From: Podarcis tiliguerta
Lineage: Eukaryota
NCBI GenBank assembly: GCA_965153285.1
Contig: OZ229115.1
Length of the DNA stretch: 64,000 nt
Direction: 5' to 3' (one strand)
The notes under the pieces are model-generated. The model saw only the letters and a list, made by a program, of their open reading frames with translations, was not told the origin of the DNA and made no database searches. A program made the position numbers and the translations under genes. Below are positions 12,521-25,140 of this stretch, piece by piece (position 1 is the first letter of the stretch; every line of letters starts with the position of its first letter).

Positions 12521-15500
12521 CCCTCAGTAGTAGGAGCCACCATCTTGCTGCCTCAGTGCCATGTGCTGTGGCTTTCTTTAATGTGATGCTGCGGCACAGG
12601 GTGGAATGGCCACCCGTAGCTCCTTTCGCTCATGTGGACAGCGGTAACGAAGCTGAGGAAACAGACGATTGTCTGGCACCGCTCTGCGGGCGTCAGAAAT
12701 CCGTTTTGAGTGCTAACCTTACAACTAGGCAATTCAATTCATTTGCTGCAATATAGAACTATAAAGCCATTGTAATCGCGCATTCAAATCTCTCAGAAAT
12801 ATTTTGAGGCTTTCTTCAATTATTATTACATGCTGCCTAACCAACATATTCGCCCTTTAGGTTATAAGCTTTAAATATGGGTGCAGTCTGATCCGTAAGC
12901 CCCCTTTAAGAATAAAGCCTTCTTAATTCTATTGATGCCTTTGATTTGCTGGTGACTTTGTCTCCAAACGATTACTATTTGCTGATTTACTCAGTGGGAA
13001 AGGGGTATATAACAATACTGAATAAAAGCGATATTGAATTGCAATGCACTCCTGTGTGTGTGCATATATATATATATACACACACACACACACTCTCTCT
13101 CTCTTGGGAGTAAACCCACTAAATTTGGTGGTCCTTTATCCTAAGTATATATGCATGGTTACAGCTGAAACCCATACATGTCTGTTCAATAGGATTGAAC
13201 ACTCAAAAATTACGTTTAGGATTGCATTCAGCCTCCTGTATAATTTCCTTTAATTACTGCTATCTCTTAATTGCATGTGGATTCTTCTGATCTTGATTAC
13301 CAATATTATATTTAGCTGATACCAAACAATGTTTTCAAAGACAAAACTCTTTGGTAGATGTCTCTGGAAACATGTAGCAATGCCTTGTTAGTGTTGCAAT
13401 CTAAATATGGCTGCCACAGCTTACATCAGCTGTGTAGACAATGTACAGAAAACTTGACTCATGTCAACAAAGTACAAAAAAACAAAGATCACTTAAGTCA
13501 TAAGGGGGGAATACAATTGAACTTGCTTTTTACTGTGCCTAACTTGAGCTAATCCTTTGTGGATTTATGTGTTATCCCAGAGTCTGCTGCATTGGAGGCT
13601 TGGCAGCTGCACTGGGTGTTTGCCATTGGGAGGAGTATTTATAGCAGCTGAGCTGAAAAGTAAAGAATTTAAAGCACAGACATGCACACTACTGATTTCA
13701 CTGAACTACAGTCCAATGCTTCACAACATGGGAGGATCAACATATTTTGCCACCAAGTACAGGGAATAGTTAGGTTTAAACTGATTTAGAAGCAAGCCCT
13801 TCTGAGCTTGGGAGTTCTGTGTAAAATATGCATAGGAATTAAGACTACATTCAGTGGAATGGGCACTCTTAAGCATGCTTATATTGAAGTAATAACTTTG
13901 TTTTAGTAGTACAGCATAACAGCATTCTAGATTACACCAGCTAAGCTAAGCTGGTTCTATTCTTACAAAAATGTTCAATTTTCTTATCCTGCATGCTGAC
14001 CTTCCTACTTTGATTGGCTAGGAGAGATTTGGGATGTTCCTTTTTTGCCTTACTAAGTTTCTTGGTCTGTTTTTAACTGTGCTAACTGTACAGCAACAAT
14101 AATATATGGAAACACTTACTATTCAAGAGATGTTGTCTTTCCTCCATGATATGTTGTCTTTCCCCAAAACATTGTGGGTTAGGAAAGACTACAGAAGTAT
14201 AAAAACAAAGATTTGGGGTTTTTGGTTTTTTTAAACAACTATTTACTCATGTTCTCTAGCTCTTCCTGCTCATTCCCCTCTCAAGATCACAATCCCTTTT
14301 CACTCTCCTTCCCTTTATGTTAGCTGGCTCAGCTGTTGCACAGCATCATTCTGCATTCCATGTCCAGTGAAGTTTGGATGCTGGAAGAAATTATCACTAG
14401 GGCCAGATTTATCTATCCGTTACTGTATCCTGACTCTATCATATAGGAAAAGAAATATGTAGCCCCTTCATTAATGAGAAAATACATTACATAGATGCTA
14501 TTGATTATTTATTATTAGTGTATTATAAAAGACAAAGTAATAAAAGCTAGTTAAAAACCATAGTTAGAATACACCAAAACATATGTCTAGAGACAATGAA
14601 TGAAACAAACACTAATAGATTACTGCTGGATAAGTGTTTAATGGTTATTGTATTTGTTTAAAAACCAATTAAGAATTGTGTGGTTTGGTTTTTAAAAAAA
14701 CACACTCATTAAGACCAGCAGTAAAATACAGTTTGCCATGGCAGTGGCCCAGTGGTCAGTATTGTCTGCACCTTAGTTTTCAAAGTCCTGTTTGAATAGG
14801 AAGGTCCTGGCCTGCCAGCGGAAGAGGAAGCCAGTCTAACTTCTCTTGGGTGGGAATCCCATAATATGGGAGCAGGCACAGAAAAGGCTCTCTTGTGTCT
14901 CCACCAACCATGTTGGTGGAACCGAGAGAAGGTGTACACCTGAGGTTCTTAGCACCCAGGCAGGTGTGTGTGTGTGTGGAATGTACTGTTTCTTCCTAGT
15001 GCATTGGGATTGGAAACAAATTCAAATACACAACTTAAAATATAACTTTTGCATTTGTCTTCTGCTATAACTGGCAGGCTCAGGATGAAAAACAAATGAA
15101 AACAAAAATATACTTGCATGTTTCAACTCTTAAATCTTTTAGCAGTGTTCTTTGGTATTGGCCCAGATAAACTGCAGGGATTGGTTTGGACAAGCAGTTT
15201 ACAGCAATTTTTTGTGCTACCTGCGTAGTAATGCTTGTTGTTGATATTATATAATAGCTTTAAATATTACAAATTATTGTACTTTTACGTTAGAGCATGA
15301 TAATATCAACATTTTTAGATTACCATACTGCTTTCCTAGAAAGCAAGTAAAAGTTCATTTAGGAAAGAAATAGACATTTCACATATGCTTTTGCATCTCT
15401 GTCGCGATTCGTGTTTGTCTCTGATCTCTGTTCCTGAAGCAACAGGAGTTTATATTCTAGTTGTGAAAATGTTCACAACTCATATACATGCTTATAAACG

Positions 15501-15762
15501 TATTGAAACTGGTTAAGAAGGCCTGATTAGTACATAAGCATTAGAATTTACTAGTAATTTCTGAGATTCTAACCAGATGTTATGTTCAGTGCAATTTAGC
15601 ATTTGAGCTTAGTAAAAAGGTAGAAGCTTTCTTCAAGCATTAGTAAAACTTTGGAGTTGTGAGAAAGATCTGCTCAGAAGGTTGGGATCACATCTGTTAA
15701 GTGTCCAAAATGTCTAAAAGTTGTGGCATAATAGACTTCTTATTTGTTTGTTTTCTCTCCAG

Positions 15763-16154
15763 TATGAAGTGTAACAGAACAGAATTTACCACCTGAAACT
15801 GCTGCTTCAAGTTCAGATCAGGAAAGGAACACATCACATCGTAACAACAAAACAAGACCAAAGAAGAGTAAAATTTACACTGAAGACACAACACTTGATC
15901 TGAAACAAGAAGTTTGTGCCTACTCAACAGCTTCAAAAGAGCACGTCCCAACGCTGCTAGTAGTCTTTGTTTTCTTCAGTGCTGTGCTGAAACTGCCCAG
16001 TGCAGCACCAGTTATTCCTTATTAGCTTGATAGATCACTTGTCTCTTGCTATCTCTTTTTTTTAACAATAGCAATCTTCAAACTTTGAAACGTGTGCTGA
16101 AACGAAGAATTCGCGAATACTACTGAAAGTGCAATATTAGAATATCACTGCGAG
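15763..16154 (+). other. CSDE1: CSDE1 5'UTR exon 2 (region of the UNR IRES)
   Basis: ttttctctccag acceptor, CTGCGAG|gttggt donor; closely resembles the human UNR 5'UTR (TATGAAGTGTAACAGAACAGA...TATCACTGCGAG). Confidence 0.88.
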
Positions 16155-18904
16155 GTTGGTGCATGTACTCGTTAAAACAGTAATAGATACTGGAATTAAA
16201 ACTACTGTTTGATATGAGTTTAAATAATGCTTTTATTTAAATCCTGACTGCCTTCATTTGGTCAGAATATCAAAAGCAGAGCTAACATCTGGCTGTGGTG
16301 CTTATGTTTTTAAATGATTCGAGTTCATCAGTATTGCCATTTGGTTATATTTGCTGAGCTAACTGTGGAATGCAATCTTATCATTGTAGCTATTTCATTA
16401 AGCTTTCTGCTACTATTTTCCAGTTTCTCCCTTTTGAAATCAGTTTACTCTAATGCTATAAGTCTGGATCTCAAACTTTCTCCATATCCTTCTCCCAATT
16501 ACTAGAATCGGTCAGTGAGTCTCCATTTCATAAGCTGATAGGTTTAAATGTTAATTGTCTGCTATAAGGACAGCTGAATTAATAGTAACCATGAGTTCAG
16601 TTAGCATCCAGCTTCTGCTCTCCATTTCAGAACCCCTCTTGAGGTAAAATAAAGCTATTAAATGCTTCCTTAACTAGCACATCAATCCCTTCTTGTCTTA
16701 ATATGTTAGGAGGCTGCCAGAATGGCAGCTTTTTATGACACTGGATAAGTGGCAGATATACATTGACAAGGTTGTCTTGTTTGATTTTGTTATATGCAGC
16801 ATTATAAAATTAAGTTGAAACAGGCGTAAAAATATGGCAAGCACCTGGAAAGAATTTGTTGAATTTTCCATGCCGTCTTCTCCCCCTACTGCATACGTTA
16901 GTGCCAACCTGGGCAATGCATCTCCAGTCGGACTGAATTTATCACCTTATGGCCAATCAGTAAGTTCTTTTGCCATACTAGCAATATTCTTAAGGGTAAA
17001 GCCAAGCTAGCTCAGATGGTGTGATGCAACAACCTCCTTTGAGCAAAAAAAATGTGGCCAGTTTGCAGATTACTAGCAGAATTGTCTGCTCATTTTGGAA
17101 CCTCTTATTAAACAAAGCATCCAATAACCCTGCCAGAGTGCAGTGAGCAGGCTAAAACACTCTTAATTTGACAGTTTCAGTTTGAAAATCATTTCACACT
17201 CACCCCTCATTCCCAACCATTCTTTTCATTGGTCATTGTACCAGGCCTAGTTCCTGTTTCAGGGCAATTGGTTACCTCTCCAGCTGTTTAAAATCAAAAC
17301 TACCCTAATACTTAGATAATTTTGGGTTTCTTTTGTTATTTCTCTGGTAAACCCCAAAACAGAGAAATCCAAAGCTTCCTTCAAATGGCCAAAGGTAGTC
17401 GATTCAAATTTTGATCCTTTTTGAAAATGAGCAGAGTATACATCTGCCAAATTTTCTTTTCTGTGACAACTCAATGTCTAGCTGGAATACGGTTGATAGC
17501 TAGTTAGTTGAAACATGTCCATCCTCAGCCTTTACTAGCATGGAAATTGTTCAGGGGTTCTCCCTAAAAGCCTTTAAGATTGGCAGCAAACTACTAAGTT
17601 TAAAAGTTTATGTCCTTGAGAGACAATGTGTTTGTTCTCATGTCTAACATAGTTAAATGCTGGGGAAGGGGCTCTCTTCAATCCTCTAAAGACTTGTTTA
17701 TTATTCAGTAATGAAATGGAAGAGTAGTTGTGATGCCATAAAGCATAATTAGGAAAAATTCTCAAGCCTCAAGATCGTATTTCAAAATAATTGAGGGCTG
17801 CCAATCCCTGGCAGCTTCAGTTAAAAAGCCCTTTCAACAGGGCTGAGAAAGACTTTTGTTTTAAATAACATTCAGTAGCACTGAGCTAGATGGACTAATA
17901 TTCTGATACTTTATAAGGCAAATAATATTCGTAAAATAAGAAAAAAATCCAGAAAAAAAGCTTCTAAAATATCTTGTTCATTGCCCTAAAAACCCTGAAA
18001 ATGACTGCTACTGTACATCAGTGTAGGAATTTCTTTCCTGCATTATGGATTTGACATAGTAAACAGTAAACCAGCAACTGTTCATGAATACAATACTGGT
18101 GCAACATGCTCTGTAGAATAGAGGCCGTAAATTGTTGCTGGAGCAATTTCACTTCAGTTCATCTCTGTGCAATACAGTTGATGTTTGCTTAAATTTATTA
18201 AATAAAGGTTGAGGAGAACTGAGACCAGCTGTTATCTTGCTGCCAATGTTCCTGGTGTCCTAAATTTAGTTAATGACCAGTTTTGAAGTGCTCATTACTT
18301 GAAATTCAGGTACTAGTCTCTCTTCTCCAAATCATGAGAAGGAAAGAAAGACTTCTCCTGAACCCTTAGGGTTAATGAGCACAGATAACATAGCGTTATC
18401 TGTGTAAAATTCCAGTTTTTGAATTGTTACTTTGTGAATGTACTCTCTAGAACCTATGTAACAAGCAGTTTTTCTGTGTCTCATTAATAGTGCCAGTTCT
18501 TCTATCCCTTTCAAATGGGAAAATATAAAAGTTATTATAATTCTATCTGGACATACTGTTTGCTGCAGTGCAAGAACATGCAACGTGTTCCAACTCTTAG
18601 CTCAATTCATTACTCAGTTATTTCAAATGACACTTCTCTCTTGTGAGTACTTTTGTGTAAGAGCTGGTCAGAGTTCTGGTAGTATGAGCAAATCAGAACA
18701 TTGTTGGAGAGGAATTGACCTAGAAATAGTGCTTGCTAATACTATTTATACTGTAATCCTATTTTTAAAAAAGAAATTTGGATTGATTGCTTTCGACTTC
18801 CAGCTCTCTTGAGAAATGGAATTTGATAATTACTTGGATGTGTTTAAAGATGTGCTAACTATTGACTAGTTATACTGTGTACTATGTTATCACAGCTGTA
18901 TGAG

Positions 18905-19045
18905 ATGGAGAACCATTATACTGTGTCATCAGATCCTCTCCCCCCTCCTGCAGCTCCCCCTCCTTCTCATCCTTTACCTTTCTCTTCATCTTCTACTTCA
19001 TCCGGGTCTAAAAAACAGAAGAGGACCCCTCTTTATCAGAGATCT
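18905..19045 (+). CDS. CSDE1: CSDE1 optional N-terminal extension exon (exon probably starts at 18896)
   Basis: MENHYTVSSDPLPPPAAPPPSHPLPFSSSSTSSGSKKQKRTPLYQRS, TCT|gtaagt donor, phase 0 into MSFDP; similar to the N-terminus of the long human isoform. Confidence 0.85.
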
Positions 19046-20697
19046 GTAAGTCAGGGCAACTTGACAGACATGGAATCTTAGCATGGGGATCCTTTGCAGT
19101 TAACTCATCTCTGTATATGTTCTCACTTCTAACTTCACTGATATTAAATCTCCTCAACAGGTTAAAGGATAAAATTCCACTTGAACCAGCTGGAAATCTT
19201 GCTGGGTTCTTAAAAGGTGCTTTCCTGTATCTGTTTCAGAAACTTAATGAAAGCTTGGTCATGTGCGTGTATGTGTTGCAACTTCATTTTATTCATTCTG
19301 ATAAGTTGATTGAATGTATCTTGCCCACTTAGCTTTATTTTCCTAATTATTCGAAAGAATGATGGCATAGATAATATAAATTCTACTTGACACACTTGTA
19401 ATAGGAAACAGTTTATAGCAAGCACCTTCTCCAGATGCATTAATTTCTAAGTAGGGAGTTGTTGCATCTTATGTTGCCAAAAAATGAGTTGCAGTATATC
19501 TTAGTGCTTTTTGGTTGGCATGTGTACAAGGGATTTCTGTTCTTCTTTCTTTGCAAGAAGAGAAATGACCACTATTCTGTATTTCATAATGTTATCTTAG
19601 TGCCTGTACTAGTTGACAAAAAACCAAAGCCTCTTTCAGCCCAATCCTATACTCAGAAAACCCACTGAGTTCAGTGGACCTTGCTCCTAAGTAATTGTCC
19701 ATAGGAGAATTGCCCACATGGATCTCCAAAAGCTATATGTGGGCTTAGAATCTGGCATTGTCCTTGGTGGGTAGGTCAACTCTGATTAATAATGATGACA
19801 GCAAATGGCATTATTTCCAGCATAATGAGTAAGGATCTGTTTGGTTATAACTGTGCTGTTAGACTATTGTGTTTAGAGCTTCTTACACATGGAACTTTTG
19901 TACACTTAATGGCTCCTTGGAGTTGCAGGAATTTTAGGTTTGCTTTCTTAAACAGATACACAGGAAACTGCAACATATCTGTAAAATACATGGTCTCAAA
20001 ATGCATGATTTTGGCAATTTCTTGCCTTGAGCCCTTTGACTTGCATGATATGTTCACTGATTCTTCTAACAGCAAAAGTTAAATGATACCCTAATACTAA
20101 CTTATCTCTGGATTTGATTTAACTTAAGATAGCAAAATTGTTTTTAAAGCATATTTATATCTATGTGTTTCTAGAAGATTAGTGAGAATTCAGCAGGGCA
20201 GTTTTCCCTGTTTTCTGGCATTAACCAATGCATTTATGGATAGCGAAGGAGCATTTAAGCTGAAGGAGTACAGCAAAGAATTATGAAAGTTCATAATATA
20301 TTAGGCCTCCAGTTCAACAAGGGTAGAGTAGGTGCTAATAGAAATTGCCTTAAGATTAGCAAGCTTTTGTCTTTGCTTTCTTGGTAGCCTTCTTTGGCAA
20401 AGGCAAGTTTATACTAATGACTAATTTTGAATAAAGTATTAACTTTATTCTGTATATAATGGGAAAATATAATGCTATATTAACCGCATATAGATAAATC
20501 CTACAAGGTAAATGTGGTTTCGTTACTGATGGATCTCAGCTAGACAAATAGTGTACACAAGCTGTGCCTTAGCTGCCAGAAACTTGCTTGCTTATCTGAT
20601 GCTCTTTAATGCACAATATGTGTTCTGTGTTCCCTTAAGTATGAAAGGTGATGGGAATTGCTTTGGGAGGATTTCACAAGTTATCTTTTGCTTTCAG

Positions 20698-20896
20698 ATG
20701 AGCTTTGATCCAAACCTTCTCCATAACAATGGACACAACGGGTACCCCAATGGTACTTCTGCAGGACTGCGTGAAACTGGGGTTATTGAAAAACTGCTGA
20801 CCTCCTATGGATTCATTCAGTGTTCAGAACGGCAAGCTAGACTGTTCTTCCACTGTTCACAGTATAATGGCAACCTACAGGAGCTTAAAGTGGGAG
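20698..20896 (+). CDS. CSDE1: CSDE1 first core coding exon (canonical ATG, CSD1)
   Basis: cag|ATG; MSFDPNLLHNNGHNGYPNGTSAGLRETGVIEKLLTSYGFIQCSERQARLFFHCSQYNGNLQELKVG; RNP1/RNP2 cold-shock motifs. Confidence 0.98.
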
Positions 20897-22480
20897 GTAA
20901 TTCATCTGGTGGAATTCTCTGGGTTCATAACTGAGGCTCTTTACATGTGTGATGAGGATTAGCACCTCTTAACACTAGAGATGTGTCTGCCTAGTCAATA
21001 GTAGTTAAACCAACCATTAGTTGAGAGAGCCAAAGTGAGGCCTTGTGTTTCAATTTATGATAATTTTTTGATTTAGTTTCCTATTTTCTGTGGATTGTTT
21101 TTATGTATACTGCTTAGGAATGCAAGTAAGTAATATAGAAATGTCATAAATAAATAAATGATTGATTGATAGATAGACAGATAGATAGGCTTAACTATAT
21201 GGATGCTTCTATGATGAAGCTATATTGAGTAGAGTATCGTAGAAACTGGTTTCCCATACTGTGTTCTGGGAAGCTCTTTCTTGTTCTTCAGTAGAATGGC
21301 TGATAAGTTTGCTCACCACTACAGACTGCTATCAGGGTGGGATGTAGGGCTCATGTTAATCCCCTTATTTACTAACTGCATGGCCAGGCTATTTGTTTCC
21401 TGTGTACAGTTAAGTGCTGTTTTTAACTTCTAAAGCCCTAAATGGTTTGGAGCCAGGCTATAATAAAGGCCACTATCTTCTGTATAATCCTGCCCAAGAG
21501 CTGAGGTCTTTCACAGAGGCCCTTCTCACTGACCCTTCAAAAATTTCAAAAAGTAATAGTCCTTGAGGGCCATTTCTGGGATGGCCACCACCTGTAAAAT
21601 TCTGTCTCTCAGGCAACACTTAACTGCCTGTCTTTAGGAGGATAGCTTAAATAGAAAAGTTTTATCAGACATTTGTGCTCTTGCTTGGGCTGCTGTGAGT
21701 TTTACTGTGTGAGTTTTCTATTGGTTTTTAGTGCACACTGCTCTGATCTCAGAAAGAAAGAGGGTGATACAAATTATGTAAAATAAATAAATTTTCCATT
21801 GCACTGTGTAGTTACAGGAGGCAGTTGTGTGTGTTCTAGAATGCACTCAGTTTCTCTCTGGCAGGGCTGGAACACCTGTGGCTCTCAAGGTCCGACTGAG
21901 CTACAATTTGCATAACCCATTACCATTGGCCAAACTGGCTGGGCCTGATGGGAGTTGATATCCAACATATAGAGGGACAGAGATTCAGTATCCTTAAGGT
22001 AGAGCAACAGTGAGGCCCAATCTGTGTGGCCTCACACAAGGTAATTATGGCCCTAAAAATTCAAGAACCCTGCTGGATCAGACCAAAGGCATATTTAATC
22101 AATTATTCTTCTCTCACAGTGGCCATCGAGATGCCTTTGGGGACCCTAGAATTTGCTTTAGTTTTTTATAACACTTAGAGTTGTTTTGGTAGATGAAGAA
22201 ATGTTAGAAATGTGGTGGAAAATACCTCCGGTGTCATAAAGTTGTGAAACCAGTGGACTAGAAGAATGGGCTGTGAATGCTGTACAGAAAGAGCCTCTCA
22301 TTTTGCCTACTCTGAGTTCATGAGCCAGAGTCACTGACCGAGGAGAATACAGTCATGTTTTAAATTGTTATTTTGATCTTAGCATGCACGTGCAAGATAA
22401 ATGCCACTGACTGAGATCCAGGGGAACCATTTACATGCAAGCAACTCATTGGGTTTTTTTGTAATTTTCGAGAGTTCTAG

Positions 22481-22609
22481 CCTCAGGCAATCCTCTCTGT
22501 CTCCAATATTACACATCCTCAAAAGCAGTCTTAAATTTGCATGCTTAATGCAAATTTAAGACTACTTTTGAGGCTGTGTAGTATTGGAGACAGGGAGGAT
22601 TGCCTGAGG
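22481..22609. repeat. Inverted repeat with 62-bp arms and a 5-nt loop
   Basis: 22481-22542 versus the reverse complement of 22548-22609: 58/62 identical. Confidence 0.95.
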
Positions 22610-22696
22610 AAAGGTAAAGGTGTGCTTGCGAATTATTCCTGTTAAGTGTTTCTAGACCGGTCCTGTGTCATTGATAAAACTTCAATTGCTTTACAG

Positions 22697-22806
22697 ATGA
22701 TGTTGAATTTGAAGTATCTTCTGACCGGCGAACTGGAAAACCGATTGCTATTAAACTGGTGAAGATTAAAACAGAAACATTACCTGAAGAGCGAATAAAT
22801 GGACAA
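22697..22806 (+). CDS. CSDE1: CSDE1 coding exon
   Basis: DDVEFEVSSDRRTGKPIAIKLVKIKTETLPEERINGQ; ag/gt boundaries in phase. Confidence 0.96.
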
Positions 22807-23157
22807 GTTAGTGGCTATGATAAGCTTTTTCCATGCATGCGATTTGCATCTGCTGTGGTCAGACAAACAAGGGCAGAGTTGAGTGTAGCATGCCTCTCCT
22901 TGGTTGCATAGAAATATTTTTCTCAAATTTAATTTTTTCCACTTGTTTTGGCAAGCGCGTAAAAAATGGGGTTTTACCTAACCAAGAACAATTCTTACAG
23001 TTAACAAAAGTACTGTAAGATATAAGCTTTGCAGCATGGCATACTGTTGTGGGTTACCTGTAAAGTGCATCCCCAAGTGTATTATAGAAAACTAACAGTC
23101 TGATGCATAATGCTGCCTCTGGAAATAATTAGCAATGGATTTTTTTTTGACTGGTAG

Positions 23158-23250
23158 GTTGTGTGTGCTGTTCCTCACAACTTAGAGAGTAAGTCTCCAG
23201 CTGCCCCGGGTCAGAGTCCAACAGGGAGTGTATGCTACGAACGTAATGGG
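23158..23250 (+). CDS. CSDE1: CSDE1 93-nt cassette exon (UNR 'exon 5', 31 aa)
   Basis: VVCAVPHNLESKSPAAPGQSPTGSVCYERNG; symmetric phase 0; known alternatively spliced exon in mammals. Confidence 0.95.
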
Positions 23251-23667
23251 GTAAAACTTATGTATTTACTTAAACTTTTTGACTGATCCTCCAATATGAT
23301 TTAAACTAAAATACTTGCCAGAGTAGACAGTGAAAAAACTGTACTTGCTTTAAAAAGTTAAAATTTAAATTGCTAAAAACTTATTTATTGAAATAGAAAA
23401 CATCTGACTTCATGTTTTGACTGTAATTATGAAATATTTTCACAACTTCAGTCTAGAATTATATGGCTAGTTAAAATGAAGCAGAAAAGTTAACTGTTTA
23501 CTAAAGTCTTCACTGTGACTATTTTTTAGTTTCATAAAATGCTAATAAAACGTCAAATATTCTGCACACTTCCCAAGTTCTGAAACGCAGAAGTTTAAAC
23601 TAACCAGGACTTTATAAATTTCTCTACTCATAGCAAAATATTAATGATATCAAATTTTAATTCACAG

Positions 23668-23765
23668 GAAGTGTTCTACTTAACTTATACCCCAGAAGAT
23701 GTTGAAGGAAATGTACAGCTGGAAACCGGAGATAAAATTAACTTCATTATTGATACAAATAAACA
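23668..23765 (+). CDS. CSDE1: CSDE1 coding exon
   Basis: EVFYLTYTPEDVEGNVQLETGDKINFIIDTNK(H); ag/gt boundaries. Confidence 0.96.
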
Positions 23766-24151
23766 GTAAGTAGGTACCTTGTCATGACTGAATCCATGTT
23801 GGCTCTAAGGTAGTAAAGTTCTCCAGAAACTAATGTTACTACTTGAGTTGAAGTATACTTCGCAAACTTTGCAAAGGCCATTCAGATCAAGTTTCTGAAG
23901 ATGCTTTGTTTTTGAGTGGTTATTAAAATTGCTAGTCAGTTTGTCTTTTTCTTTCATCGACAAATGGATAATCTGCAGTACAGCTATCTAATAGGAAACT
24001 TGCTTTTTTTTTTAAGACCTAAATGTGAATGTGTACTTCAAGTGAAGAGATTGTAGCAGTGTGATGTTTTCATCTTAAAATATCCTGGTCATAACGAAAG
24101 GAGACTTATGTATTTCCAGTTTGTAGAATAGAATTTAGCACATTAAACATA

Positions 24152-24455
24152 TAAGGTGACCCAGTATTGCACCAACTCATGTAACTCATCCCTCCTAGCC
24201 CGTCCCAGTCCCCCACCCAAATCTGCTCTGGTTTCCATATGTCTGGGAATTCCCGGACATGTCCTTTTTGGGGGGGAAATTTACATTTTAAAGCAGATGT
24301 CCTGGATTTGGGGTTTAATTTTGTGTGTGCGCGCGCGCGCATGCACGTGCTCAGGCAACCTGGGCTTGGCGGCGGCAGTGGAGCTATCAGGCGATAGCCC
24401 TAAAAACATCAATTTTTGTGTCCGAATTTTTACTTCTTGAAATATGGCAACTCTA
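24152..24455. mobile_element. Decayed non-autonomous DNA transposon (hAT-like)
   Basis: Ends TAAGGTGACC...GGCAACTCTA resemble TAGGGT(T/G)RCC-type TIRs; internal inverted repeats around cggacatgtcc. Confidence 0.5.
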
Positions 24456-24572
24456 GATAAACACAACTGGAGTCACTCATAGAATTTAAGAATCATTCTG
24501 TAGTTGGTTGTATTGTGATAAGTCATTGAATTATATTTTCCTTGTGTGACCTTCATCTACTTTTTCCCATAG

Positions 24573-24654
24573 TACTGGTGCTGTAAGTGCTCGTAACATT
24601 ATGCTTTTGAAAAAGAAACAGGCTCGGTGTCAAGGAGTAGTTTGTGCCATGAAG
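24573..24654 (+). CDS. CSDE1: CSDE1 coding exon
   Basis: TGAVSARNIMLLKKKQARCQGVVCAMK. Confidence 0.96.
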
Positions 24655-25011
24655 GTAAATTAACACTTAACTACTTTCTGTAATTTACTTGTACAGTTAT
24701 GGAACCATGTAGGTGTGGAGGAGAAGGTGTATAGACTTATTCTAGTACTTTTGAGACAGAACTTCCATGTAAGGTTGCTTGGGAGTAAGTCTCATCGAAC
24801 ATTAGATCTTGCATCTGAGAGAGCAGGCACTAGATTGGGCTTTATATAATTCACTCATTCCTCCTGTTTTTATATATGCACATTTTTAGCTGTAGATCTT
24901 TCTTATAACTATTAGTCACCAAAAAGAAAAAGAAAAAAATGTTTTATTCCAGCTAGGTGGAGATAGATCAAGATAGCATCTCTTTGCTTAACAATCCTAT
25001 TTTCTTCTTAG

Positions 25012-25140
25012 GAAGCCTTTGGATTCATTGAAAGAGGTGATGTTGTAAAGGAGATATTCTTTCACTATAGCGAATTTAAAGGTGACCTAGAAGCCTTACA
25101 GCCTGGTGATGATGTGGAGTTCACAATCAAAGACAGAAAT
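25012..25140 (+). CDS. CSDE1: CSDE1 coding exon
   Basis: EAFGFIERGDVVKEIFFHYSEFKGDLEALQPGDDVEFTIKDRN (cold-shock domain). Confidence 0.97.

Noticed and set aside
11363-12756. Cluster of 70-215 aa ORFs on both strands
   Set aside because: Stop-poor CpG-island sequence of the CSDE1 promoter and intron 1; low-complexity G/R/P/A translations with no domain
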